Shown here: positions 13,764 through 26,447 of the stretch, piece by piece | Numbering within the stretch: the first letter of the stretch is position 1 | Layout of the letters: the number at the start of each line of letters is the position of its first letter | Assembly: GCA_964016885.1 (NCBI GenBank) | Contig: OZ024747.1 | Location: 24,118,001-24,182,000 of the forward strand | Direction of reading: 5' to 3' | DNA from: Eledone cirrhosa | Taxonomy: Eukaryota | DNA length: 64,000 nucleotides | Made by a program: the position numbers and the translations under genes | The notes under the pieces: generated by a model | What the model was told of the DNA's origin: nothing | What the model saw: only the letters and a program-made list of their open reading frames with translations | Database searches by the model: none

Positions 13764-13916
13764 TTAACCCTTTAGCATTTACATTACTCTATATTTACTA
13801 TTGTATTTTTGTGGTAAAGGCTTTATCTTACATAATTATCTCACATAATATCGAATCTCAGAAAGAGGTGAGAGAATTCTGGCCGGATACAGCCAATTTA
13901 AATAAGAAAGGGTTAA
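13764..13916 (+). mobile_element. TTAA-flanked (piggyBac-type) MITE family A, internally deleted copy
   Basis: ttaaccctttagcattta ... aaagggttaa; internal sequence matches 60060-60280. Confidence 0.8.
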
Positions 13917-14761
13917 AGTGTTTATATTTATATAAAACTTTCCATTATAATTTTATGTAAGAAGCTTTATGTTATGTTCCAAACATAAGCTTAATAATAA
14001 GGAAGTTAGTTATGTGATTAAATCCATCAAAATTCTTGAGTAGTTTCAAATCATTGGCAAGGCCTTTCATTAGAAATATGGTAACGAAAAAGTTAATTCG
14101 TTGATTAACCAACAGAATAGTGGATTAATTATCTGATTAAAAGATCTGAAGTGAAAATTTGTGTGTTTGAATGGTAATATCTTAGCTTTTCTCTCTGACA
14201 CAGCATGGAGGTAGCAACATTGACTGTAAAAGCACAAGTACAAACACTGCAACACTAAAAGTAAACATGATGAGACAGGAGGCTACAGTGCTGGTGATTG
14301 AATGGAGATAATATAGGGTTTGTGGGCATGAACATATGACAACCTCTCTAGTGTTGGTACAATGATAAAAACACAACCAGTATACTCTAAAGTAGTAGTG
14401 CTGGTGCAATGAAAAAACAACCAGTACACTCTGTAAAGGTTCTTGGTGTAAGGAAGGACATCCAGTTATAGAAACCATGCCAATAATGGAACACATGAGC
14501 AAGATGAGATTACTCTAACCCATCTGGTCTCAGACCATGACAACCTATCCAACTCATGCCACCATGGAAAGTGGACATAAAATGATGATATATTCTACAT
14601 TCCAGTGACAAATTCAAACATCTTCATTACTCTTCAGATATTGTTATTATTGTTCTCATTGCAGGGTGACAATGCCTTTACTATTCAGATATTGCTGCTG
14701 TTGTTTCATTATAGAGTGTAACTGCTGCTCATATTCAGATATTTCTATTGTTTTATTACAG

Positions 14762-14842
14762 GGTGCCAATGCCTCACAGCTGGAAAAAGAGATAGGGTCT
14801 GATCAATTCCCGGTGAATGAACATTATTTTGGATTAGTTAAT
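14762..14842 (+). CDS. USP46: USP12/USP46-family ubiquitin C-terminal hydrolase, coding exon 2 ([27 protein letters not shown])
   Basis: ttattacag| acceptor and |gtaagt donor; 81 nt, phase 0/0; peptide matches the USP12/46 N-terminus (human G[AT][23 protein letters not shown]). Invertebrates usually have a single USP12/46 co-orthologue. Confidence 0.95.
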
Positions 14843-17176
14843 GTAAGTATTTTTAGTATTTATATATATTAGTAAGTGTATTTGTAGTGTGTATATATGA
14901 CACACAGTGTGTTTTGGGAATTTTAACTCTTTTGTAACCATATTTCTAACAAACAGTGTCTATATGGATGAAAGGTAAATTGGACCTCAGCAGGAATTTT
15001 ACTGAGAGTGTAGTTAGTCAGAAGTGCTCTGCCAAATTGACTCTCTACCAAGATCTATTATATTTAGTAGTAGATATAGTATTTTTTGTGCAAATTAAAA
15101 TAATGATGTTGACAATATTCCCAAAAGTTCTTTCTGCATGGATAAATTGAGTTAAGTGCAGGTTAGCATATTTAAAATAGTGAACTGAAAATATTTTAAA
15201 AATTGAAACTAGTTTTATCACCATATTTTTAATGAAGGACACTGCCTGTGATTTTTTAATAATCAGAAATTATAGAAGGATTTAGTAATATAACTTTTTC
15301 ATTATTAATTTGGTGCCGGGAATATAACTTAAAGGTTCTGACATAAAATTATAAGGGAAAGTTTTTAGATAATTATGAAATCCCAACCAAAACACAGTCT
15401 TGTTATGAGCAACATAAGTCCTGCTATTTGCAAGATTCAGTGTGCCCAACTGGCCAGACCTCCCTCATAACATGCCCACCCAACTCCCATAATATGGTTC
15501 TGCTATGAGCAAGGTTCAATGCAGCCAACTAGAGACCTACTTCATTACGGGTCCACCCAGCTCCCAAATATGGATCCGCTTATGAGTGGATCAATTGGAC
15601 AGAACTCTCTTATAATGGGACCACCCAGTTCCACATTGTAAGCATGGTTGGTGTTAGGAAGCGATTTAAAAAAACAGCCAAAATACAGTTCTGTTTAAGC
15701 AAGGTATGGCGTGGCCAAATGGCCAGACTTGCCTCATAGTGCAAGCATGAAAAATAAGACATTAAATACTGGATTTTCAAATAATCTTTTAAATATTCAG
15801 GAATTTGGGGGGATTTAATAATATAACTAACTTCCTCATTAACATAATATAACAAGGGTTCTTACATAAAATTATGAGGGAAAGTTTTTAGATAAATATA
15901 AATTTTTTTATTATTTTGTTATAGCAGAAGCAGGAATGGTTTCAAGAAATATGAAAAGATTTAATGCAGATCAGGGATTCCCAGAATTCATAAGCTTTTC
16001 CTTTATTAAGCCAATGTTTGAAACATAACTTAACATATAATACTGAGAGTAGGTTTGAATTTAAATAGAATACTTTTAAATTGTTTTGTATCAAGAAAGT
16101 AGGGTAGTTACAACTGGATAGATATCAAAAGGGTTAAACCTGGCAGAACCAATCCCTCTCTAGGTTTTACACCACAATTGATTTCTTCCTGGGAGTAAGA
16201 TGTAGAGGAAGAATTGATAACAGTACTAGACTGGTACTTTATTGATCCTAAAAAGATGAAAGGTAAAATTGACCTGCAGACCCCATCCTTTTCAGTGTGG
16301 TATTGGAGTTGATACAGCCAATTTCTTCTTCTTCTACTGAGAGAAAGAGAGAAGATTTGACTCCAGTATTCAACTGAAATTTTATCTACTTCAGAAGGAT
16401 GAAAAGTTAAATTGATTTGAGCAGGATTTGAACTCAGGGAGTTGGGATGAATACTTACTCACAGAGCCTTCTATCTAATGCTCTACTGACTCTGCCAACA
16501 TGTCACCATCACCTTGTGTAAGGGCCTGTAGCCATCTAAATATCATCTCCAACACCACACTGAATGGTGCCTTTTCATTTTACATTAACAGTTCTTCAAT
16601 GGTTTTGTTATTCTTCTTTATTTTTATTCTACTACTACTGCTACCACTACAAATACTACTACTGCCCATATTTTCTGCTTCCCACACCAGCTGTGCAGTG
16701 CAAATTAACTACTATACCTATTATACTAATAGCCTGAATAGTGGTTGGTAAATTGTAGACTTAGTAGAGTGTATCTACTTATATAATTCACACACACACT
16801 AATAATAATAATTCTTTCTTTATTGGCCACAATAATAATTTATGTTTGACTCACTTCTCTCTTTATATTAACCACATCTTTCATCTTGGAGAAAGTTATT
16901 TTTTTCTTTTTGCCTTCTTGATAACATATTCCTCCATTAAATGATTCAGTACTTGCAATTTTTTTACTGATTCCATGCCAAAATTACTGGCTAGATTACT
17001 GAAGTTTATAAGGAAGAACGACACACAAAAAGTATTACTTTATTCAGACTCTGTTCACAATTCTATACTTTTCCCTTATTTTTATGTGGAAGCAGTCACA
17101 GTATCTATCATTGTCACAATTGTCAACCAGCCTACATTAATTCATACCAGTTTTGGCCTCATGGAAATTCCATGGT

Positions 17177-17598
17177 TTAACTGTTTAACATTTACATTAC
17201 TCTATATTTACTATTATATTTTCATGGTAAAGGCTTTACCTCACATAATTGACTCACATAATATCTAACCTATGAGATTTTGATATCATTTATTTTGAGA
17301 ACAATACCTTAACATCAGTACGAGTAGCCAGTTACAGCTGGTTTGAACAGAAAGAGGTCAGAGAATTCTAGCCGGATACAGCTGGCTTAAATGCTAAAGT
17401 GTTAAGCCAGCTGTATCTGGTCAGAATTCTCTCACCTCTTTCTGTTCAAACCAGTTGTAACTGGCCACTCATACTGATGTTAAGATATTGTTCTCAAAAT
17501 AAATAACATAAAAATCTCATATATTCAATATTATGTGAAGTAATTATGTGGGGTAAAACCTTTACTGTGAAAATGCAATAGTAAATATAAAGTAATGT
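17177..17598. mobile_element. Two adjacent MITE family A copies in inverted orientation
   Basis: + copy 17177-17405 followed directly by a reverse-complement copy 17402-17598. Confidence 0.85.
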
Positions 17599-18409
17599 CA
17601 TGAACCACATGATCAAGACATTCTTGAAAAGTACAAAACACTATTATGACTGCATTACATAGCAAACTGAAGTCTTTTCTCTGATGTTACACAATTATCT
17701 GTCCACTAGTAAAGATTATATAAAGGTTTGAACTGATAATCCTGATTTTAGATATTTTAATTTTCTGCAAAATTATTACAAGTTAAGAGTTAATTAGAAA
17801 CAACCACCAGATATTAAAGATCAGTTTGCCATGTAAATGTTTCATCATCATCGTTTAACGTCTATCTTCCATGCTAGCATGGGTTTAGACGGGAATTATC
17901 CCACTTGAGGCAAGATTGGTCATCTTGTTCATATAGGGTTGTCTGGCAGGTTGTCTATGGCTGGATGCCCTTCCTAACACCAACCATGTTTACAGTGTGG
18001 AACACCTACCACGTTTACAGTGTGGATATATATATATATATGCACACACACACATATATACATGCACATACAAAAATAGTATCTAAAGTACTTCATTACA
18101 TATGCAACACAAACTAGCTTTAATAAATTGCTGAAACTGCCAAAATGGAATATGTTACTCATTTATAATTTGAGGATATATTTTGTAAAAGTAATTTCTC
18201 TTTTAACTCTCTCTCCCTCTCTCCTTCTCCTCCCCTCTTCACCCTTTTTATTACACACACACACTTACATCCTCTTTCCATACAGATATAAGATTTAGAA
18301 AATTAAAAAAATGTTGACATTGCTGCCACCACCACCACAAGTTCCTTGGAGGTCCACTTGTCTGCCATCCTTTTTTGTATTGATAAAATACCAGCCCATG
18401 ATGATGATA

Positions 18410-18452
<43 letters not shown>

Positions 18453-18455
18453 ATG

Positions 18456-18579
<124 letters not shown>

Positions 18580-18633
18580 ATATTTATTTTGGCAGAGTTA
18601 TTAGGGCATCGGATTAAATGCCTCACATTTAAT

Positions 18634-18981
18634 GGAGGCACATGGCTTAGTGGTTAGAGCATTGGCCTTGCAATCGAAAGGTTGTGAGTTCAATTCTCAG
18701 ACCGGGTGATGTGTTGTTTCCTTGAGCAAGACACTTTATTTCACATTGCTCCAGTTTACTCAGCTGTAGAAATGAGATGATAGGGACTGGGGTCCATATC
18801 ATTCCACTGCAAAGTGGTCGTGGAGGTGCCACGGCAAAAAAGCACCCAGCACTCACTGTAAATGAGGTTGGTGTTAGGAAGGGCATCCAGCTGTAGAAAT
18901 CAAGCCAAAATCAGTTCCCGTCCCACCCCTTTCAAGCAAGGAAAAAGCGGACGTAAAATGAAATGATGATGATGATGATGA
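18634..18981 (+). mobile_element. tRNA-derived CORE-like SINE with RTE-derived tail
   Basis: A box tggcttagtgg; B box gagttcaattc; CORE-like ccttgagcaagacactt...cagctgtagaaatg; (ATG)n tail; TSD-like attaaatgc(c/t)tcacat at 18613 and 18983. Confidence 0.88.
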
Positions 18982-19687
18982 CATTAAATGCTTCACATGT
19001 GATATCCTGCTGAGGTCCATTTTATATTTCATCCTTATAGGAGTCGATAAGAAAAAAAGTACTAGGCCAGTGCTGGTGTGACCCTTCTCTCTTCTTCCAG
19101 CTGTTACATTCTGGATGTTTCACTGAATCAAGGGAGGGGAAGTCAAGAGGGTATCTGGTCTCTGTCTGCTCACGATTTCACGAGCACCTAAAACACTTAG
19201 AAAGGTACAGTACATACTACCAAGCCATAGCCAATTGCAAATGATGGCTGTAGTTTAGTCCTGGTACTTTAAGGGCATATTTATTTATCTGTTTATTTAT
19301 TTTTTTCAAGGGACTGAAAGGAATTAGCACAGTCATTAGAGTGTCTGAATAAATGCTTCAGTATTTACTCTGAGTTCAAATCTTGCTAGAGTTGACTTTA
19401 CATTTTTCTTTTCGGAGTCAATATATAAAGTACCAGACCATGGGCGGAATTGTGGAATTGTTAAGGAGTTCAAATCCTACCTCCAATGACAAGAAAAATG
19501 GTGATGCTTCTCTCAGGAGTTACAACTGACAGATTAAACCAACAATGCAAAGATGAATAATTTTTTTTTTTTTTCAATCAAATGATCTGATCTGACCCAT
19601 CTAGTCTTAGACCATGACAACTTATCCAACCCATGAAAGCATGGAAAGCAGATGTAAGATAATAATGTTGATGTATGTATCTATGAA

Positions 19688-19724
<37 letters not shown>

Positions 19725-20762
19725 GAATGTATGTATGTGTATGTATGCACACACACAATGCATATGCTTTCATAGACAATATGTCTTCTTTACATTAACG
19801 TAAAATATACAGAAATAACAGTTTGATGTTCAGTTTTGTATTTGTTTCTAACATTGAAAATATTTCTTTGAAAAAAATTACACTATTTATTGATTCAGAT
19901 AGTGCCTCCACTCCAACACATACTTCTCCATTGAAATTTTACTGTTATACAGTATGTGTGTGTTTTTGTTTGTTTGTTTTTTGTACATTTTTCGTATACA
20001 GGGTTTTTTTTTCTTCTTAAGAATTACTTGTAAATATGCCATTTAGAAACTGAATATAAATTAAAAATTATTCTTATTGATGACATCAATATGTAGAATT
20101 AGTTCTGTGATATCTGCTTTGCTTGTACATAAGGTCATGGCCTCAGTTCCTGGAATAGAAGGTGCATTGTGTTCTTGAGTAAGGCACTTCATTTCATGTT
20201 GCTTCCCATATGATTTGGGCCCCGATCAATAAAATCCCAGAGAAACATCCTATAAGATGTGATGTCATAGGAGGCCAGCTAAACCTACATAAATGTGAGC
20301 TGTAACACACCACTACCTAGTTAGTAGGGAGTTAGATTCAAGATCATAAGGTCATGGATTGGACTGCATGTTGGGTTCTTGAGCAAGATATATTTCATGT
20401 TGCTCTTGTGTTTTAACTATTCACCCTTTTCAGTTTTGAAAGTTCACTTTTAATTTATTTTCTTGTCTAATTCTCTTGAATGGCTAAATAATTCCATTGT
20501 TGTTTACCATTCTTTAACCAGTGTCTTTTACCACCTCCCATACCATTCCCCAGATTCCACACCTTTCCTCATTTCCTTTGTTGGTGTCTTGGAGCATTTA
20601 GTTATGTCCCTTTATGTTCTGCATTTAAATCCCATCAAGATCAACTTTGCCTTTCATCTCTCTCAAGTTGATAAAATAAAGTACCAGTCAAGTATTGAGG
20701 TTGATAAAATTGACTTTCCTTTCCTCCCAAAATTGCTGACCTTGTGCCAAAATTAGAAATCA

Positions 20763-20803
<41 letters not shown>

Positions 20804-22204
20804 TTTTTTTTCTGTTATCTTCGAAATTATTATGAATAATAGGCAGCCAGACTTTATAGCTTATACTTTAAGTATTATTTTCAAGAAATTTCTCCCCCAC
20901 TTTAAATTCCATCTTAATTTTAGCTAAATTTTAAAATCAATATTTGAATTGATATCACACTGAGAATTATTTTTACCATTCTTATAATATTTACATCCTT
21001 TTAAAAATCATTTTGTTTAACCTCCTTTTCTTTACTTTATTAGCATTTTTTCTTTTCCCTCTCTTTCTTCGTTTCTCTGTGTCCTACTTACTACCTCATG
21101 TGTAAACTACACCACCACATCTCTTTACACTTTCACATTAATCAAGGAAATTTCTATATAGTTTTACTGCATCTGTCTATCAATCCAGTTCACTTTTATT
21201 GGGATACAACAACCGTTTAATACAGCTTTTCATAACATTCTTAACCCTTTTGTTGCCATATTTCTAATAAAAAGCATTACTTGTAATTTTTTAAAGATTT
21301 TTAAAATAATCAAGAATACGAAAGATTTAGTAATATAACTAAAAAAAAGCACCTAGTCCACTCTGTAAGTGTTCATACTGATGCCACGGCAAAAACCACC
21401 CAGTTGGTGTTAGGAAAAGCATCAAGCCATAACAAACCAAGTCAAATATAGAGCATATGAGCAAAACGTGATTATCTGACATGTCTGACTTTAAAATGTG
21501 ACAGCCTGTCTAACCCATACAAGCGTGAAAAATAAACATTAAATGGTGGTGATGGGGATGAAAGATTTAAAAAAAATATATAAACACTTTAAAACAATTT
21601 TATATTATAAAACATATGATTTCAGGTGATTGGGTATCAAAAGAGTTAAATAACATTCCTAACCTTTTCATTATCATATTTCTCAATAAAGCAGCAGACT
21701 GGTGCAGTCATTAAGATGTCGAATTAAGTGCCTCTTAATTTTTCGACCATACTGTATTCTGAGTTTAAATCCCACCATGGTCAACTTTGCTTTTCATTCA
21801 CTCAGTATCAATAAAGTACCAGTCCAAAGGCAGTGGATTGAAGAAATGTTTTCAGCATCAGATGGTGCCTGCCACAATAGAGTGCACACAACCCACTCTA
21901 TGTAAAGTCATAGTGCTGAGGCCATAATAAAATTTATCCAGCCCACTCTGAAAAGAGGTAGTGCTGATACCATGATAAAATGCATCCAACCTAATTTGTT
22001 AAGTGGTTAGCATTTAGTTAGAGCATCCAGTGATAGAAACCATGCCAAACTGGAGCATATGAGCAAGATGTCGTCATTTAAGACTGTCTAGTCTCTAAAT
22101 GTGACAACCTGTCTAACTCATGCCAGCATGCAACATGGACATAAAATGATGATAATGATAAACAAATGACTTTGTATCATAGAATCAAGAGTAGGTTCAA
22201 ACAG

Positions 22205-22455
22205 GCTGGCTTAACCCTACTATTGTATTTTCACGGTAAAGGCTTTACCTCACATAATATCGCACATAACATTTTCATTATATACTGTTGTATTTTCACG
22301 GTAAAAGCTTTTCCTCATATAATATAAAATCTATAAGATTTTGATATTATTTATTTTGAGAACAAAACCTTAACATAAGTATGAGCAGCCGGTTTAAGCA
22401 GAAAGAGGTGAGAGAATTCTGGCTGGATACAGCTGGCTTAAATGTTAGTGTTAAG
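22205..22455 (+). mobile_element. MITE family A copy just upstream of exon 3
   Basis: Matches 60060-60280 (tattgtattttcacggtaaaggc...gaggtgagagaattctggctggatacagc). Confidence 0.8.
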
Positions 22456-22544
22456 ACATGTAAGTTAGTAATTCTGTTATAGTTTTGTTGTGATTTTCTG
22501 TTATTTATTATGAAACTTATATTTGGTGATCTTATTCCTTTCAG

Positions 22545-22764
22545 TTTGGTAATACGTGTTACTGCAATTCTGTGTTGCAAGCGCTATACTTCTGCCGTCC
22601 GTTCCGTGAAAAAGTTCTGCAATACAAACTGCAACAGAAGAACCAGAAAAAAGAAACACTGTTAACATGTCTTGCCGATCTCTTTTACAATATAGCCACG
22701 CAGAAGAAAAAGGTTGGCACTATAGCACCAAAGAAATTTATTACCAGGTTACGTAAAGAAAATG
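22545..22764 (+). CDS. USP46: USP12/46 exon 3, containing the Cys-box ([17 protein letters not shown]...RLRKEN)
   Basis: cctttcag| acceptor, G|gtaaga donor; 220 nt, phase 0/1; catalytic Cys codon at 22557-22559. Confidence 0.97.
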
Positions 22765-23798
22765 GTAAGATTCACTTTCTTGTATAATTTTCTTTAAAAT
22801 AGTTTAATTTATTTTGGAGTTGTACTTGTCTGGTAGAATCATTTTAGCCACAGTTGTATTTGTCTGGCAAGTGACTTGATCTAAGACCATATGTTGAAAC
22901 TAAAAATATTACATCATGAAAGTCTTTTTAGCCCTCTTAAAACCACATAAAAACTGTTAAATTCACTTTATATTTATCATTTAATTCTTGGTGTCAAAAT
23001 TTTTGTTGCACTCTTTGCAACCTGATGATGTAAACATTCTCTTTTTCTATGATAAAGTATCAGTCCAATAGGGGTGGTAGATTGACAGAATTAGTAAAGA
23101 TTTGAGCAGGATTTGATCAATCTTTGTGCATTATAAATTCAAATTCCATTTCCTTCTGCCAGGAGTTGTTTCCAGCAGATAGTGCTTCCAATGGAAAAAA
23201 AAACCAATAGAAACTTTGCTTTTTTGGTCCAATCCGATTAATTGACCACTTTCCATTCCATATATATATATATATATATAAATATATATATATATATGGC
23301 ATTAAGAAGGGCATCCAGCTGTAGAAACCAAGCCAAAATTAGTTCTGTATTAAAAAGACATGGTCACCTGACATAGCATTTTCCACAACAAGACAACTCG
23401 TCTAACTTATGCTGGTGTGGAAAAATGGTGATGATGATGATATATTGACATCATCATCATCATATAATGTTCATTTTCCCTGCTAGCAATGGTTGGATGG
23501 GTTGTCGTGGACCAAGTCAATACTCAAGCAAAGTTACTATCCTCTCAGATTGGCTGGGGTCCTGCATCACACTTACAAAATGTTTCCAGGCTCTACTGTG
23601 TACATTTTATCACTGGGGATGTTGTCATGTTTTTGACACAGCTGACGAGTCCTCCCAACACTTTGTCTAGTAGGTTTAATATGATTGGATGCCCTTCCTA
23701 TCACCAACCACTTTACAAAATGTACTGGGTGAGTTTATCATATATATCACACACACATGCATTTATATATAGTGTGAAATCTGTAGTGTTTGCAATGA

Positions 23799-24012
23799 TT
23801 AACCCTTTAGTATTTAAACCGACCATATCCGGCCAGAATTCTCTCACCCCTTTCTGTTCAAACCGACCATAACCAGCTGATCATACTTATGTTAAGTTAT
23901 TGTTCTCAAAATAAATATCAAAATTTCATAGATTTGATATTATGCAAGATAATTATTTGAAATAAAGTGTTTACCGTGAAAATACATTAGTAAATATAGA
24001 ATAATGTAAATG
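23799..24012 (-). mobile_element. MITE family A copy (reverse) abutting the exon 4 acceptor
   Basis: ttaaccctttagtatttaaaccgacc...gaattctctcacc is the reverse complement of family A. Confidence 0.82.
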
Positions 24013-24035
24013 ATGGCATATGTTGTTTATTGTAG

Positions 24036-24116
24036 AGTTATTTGATAACTATATGCAGCAAGATGCACATGAATTTCTCAACTATCTCCTAAACACTGTG
24101 GCTGATTTGTTGCAAG
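24036..24116 (+). CDS. USP46: USP12/46 exon 4 ([27 protein letters not shown])
   Basis: ttgtag| acceptor, G|gtaagt donor; 81 nt, phase 1/1; [11 protein letters not shown] motif. Confidence 0.97.
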
Positions 24117-24548
24117 GTAAGTTGTCATCGTCTCACCTTCTCTCACACATCTTACCCTCTCTTTGCTTTTATTGTTTCATGCCATTGATTGTGGTGGTGG
24201 TTGTTTTGTTTCATACATACATTCAGACATACACACATACATATACATACACACATTACTTGTTACATACATAACTACAGACACACACATACATACATGC
24301 TACTGTTGATAATAATAATGATTGTTGTGATGGTGATGGTGATGGTGATGATGATTGTGGTGGTGACGATGATAATTATGGTCTTGGTTGTGATGATGAT
24401 CATGCTGATGACGACTGATTAGGATGAAGGTTGTGATGATGATGATCATAAAGTTGATTGTTGTGGTAGTGATGATGAGGATGATGATGATGATGTACAT
24501 TTTCTTGTATTAGCTGTTCATCCTGTACTTGCCTTTCTTGTTTTAAAG

Positions 24549-24682
24549 CAGAGAAACAAGGTAACCGCAGTAAGTCCACAGTTGGGGGTGTTGATATCCA
24601 TCCAAAGGCAACATCAACATGGGTACACGATATTTTCCAAGGAACACTAACCAATGAAACTAGATGTTTAAATTGTGAAACA
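24549..24682 (+). CDS. USP46: USP12/46 exon 5 (AEKQGNRSK...[22 protein letters not shown])
   Basis: Tandem acceptor ttttaAAG|CAG| (start 24549 or 24552, both in frame); |gtaagt donor; phase 1/0; conserved [19 protein letters not shown]. Confidence 0.93.
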
Positions 24683-25079
24683 GTAAGTCTATATATTATA
24701 TCATTCTATCATTGTTGTATTATATGAAGGGTTTGATAGATGTGCTGCACCTTTCAACTTAAACCAATGGAACTAGATGTCTAAATTGTCAAGAAACCTC
24801 ATAGGAGGCCAGTTTAACCTATATAAGTGTGAGCTTTAAACACAAGATAGGACTGGGGCTGCTATCGTTAAAACACCTAAGAAACTTCCTATGAGATGGA
24901 ACTTTGTAGGAGGCCAGATAAACTTGCATAGGGGTGAACTATAAATTTCATGGGGTTTTTTTCATGTCTAAATTGTGAAACAGTAAGCCTATATATTTTA
25001 TATTTGTTCTTGTTTTTAACATATGTAAGTTAGATAGATGTACAGCCCCTTTCACTGTATTTCTTGATGCTGGCAGTGA

Positions 25080-25475
25080 GACATAATCAGTGAGTACAGA
25101 AGATATGCAAAAGCTGGAGAGAAATGAATTTAGCATGCTCCATTGTACATGAACAACAAAGAATGAGTCAACTGAGAAAAACTAGGTATATGAGGAATAA
25201 GATGTGTGCAGGAGAGAAGATTGTGCTGATATGGATATGTAATGTGAATGGATGACAATTGTTGGGTAAACAAGTGTCAGGAGTTCCACATGGAAGGACA
25301 CCATAGAAGGTCGAGAAAGATATGAGCAGATATGGTGACAGCTAACCTAAAAAAAAACACAGCACCTTACAAAGGTGATGAGAAAAGAGACACATAGAGA
25401 GATGTTGCACTGGAGAGAACTTGTCCTAAATGATGCAAGCATGAGAAAACATGTAAATATGATGATGATGATTAT
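25080..25475 (+). mobile_element. RTE LINE 3' fragment
   Basis: Degenerate homology to 58370-58760 (agctggagagaaatgaa, gtgcaggagagaagattg); (ATG)n tail. Confidence 0.7.
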
Positions 25476-26156
25476 CATTGTTATTTTAACATGTGTATGG
25501 TCACTAGATACGCATCACCTTTCAAAACTCATTATCCTTAGTCTATATTTCTTTTCTTATTACCAATGAATTTCCAGTTGTTCAACCAAAGGCACAGTCT
25601 ATTCATGAAATTAACATGTAAGTGGCTGAGCATTCCATAAACCCTTAATGTAATGCCCAGGGAGATTCAGCATGACACTGTGTGTGACAAGGCTGGCCCT
25701 TTGAATTACAAGTACAATCCATCTGATAGGCTTTCAGTTTCCATTTAACCAGTTTCATTCGCAAGGCTATGACATTTTCACAAGATGTCATGTTCCATCC
25801 AAATGTATATGTGATTATAAAGTTAATTCTACAACAGTTAGAAAACCAATTTTGAAGATACTTGTTTCACCTTGCGGATTTTCAACACGAGTTGAAAATC
25901 CACAAGGTGAAACGCGTGTCCTTGATAATGGTTAATTAACTGCTGTGGAACTAACTTCTACCAAACTCATCCTATGGACTGAGTGTTCTACTTACTATGG
26001 ATATATCCTCCCAGTGTTCTACCACTATATATGAGTATATGTATATTATATATGGTTATAAGGATAATTTTTATCTTTATATTTTTTGTTACAGAATTTG
26101 TGACATTAACTGTGTGTGTTTAACATGGTTTCTATATTTCTTTTGTTTATTTCCAG

Positions 26157-26317
26157 GTCAGTAGTAAAGATGAAGATTTTCTAGATTTATCAGTCGATGT
26201 TGAACAGAACACATCAATAACACATTGTTTACGAGGCTTTAGTAACACAGAGACATTGTGTGCTGAACACAAATATTACTGTGAGGTTTGTTGTAGTAAA
26301 CAGGAGGCTCAGAAAAG
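26157..26317 (+). CDS. USP46: USP12/46 exon 6 ([53 protein letters not shown])
   Basis: tttccag| acceptor, AG|gttggt donor; 161 nt, phase 0/2; second CxxC of the USP zinc ribbon. Confidence 0.97.
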
Positions 26318-26447
26318 GTTGGTACAGATACACCTCTCATAAATATATATGTGTGTGTATACATTATATGTTTATGCGTGTATACATTATATACATGTGT
26401 GTGTGTATGTTATATGTGTGCGTGTGTGTGTATATATATATATATTT

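Noticed and set aside
18634-18710. tRNA gene
   Set aside because: A and B boxes belong to a SINE head; it continues into the CORE-like body and LINE tail and has no clean cloverleaf.
24511-24548. Upstream tag| acceptor for exon 5
   Set aside because: Adds 35 nt and frameshifts the conserved exon.
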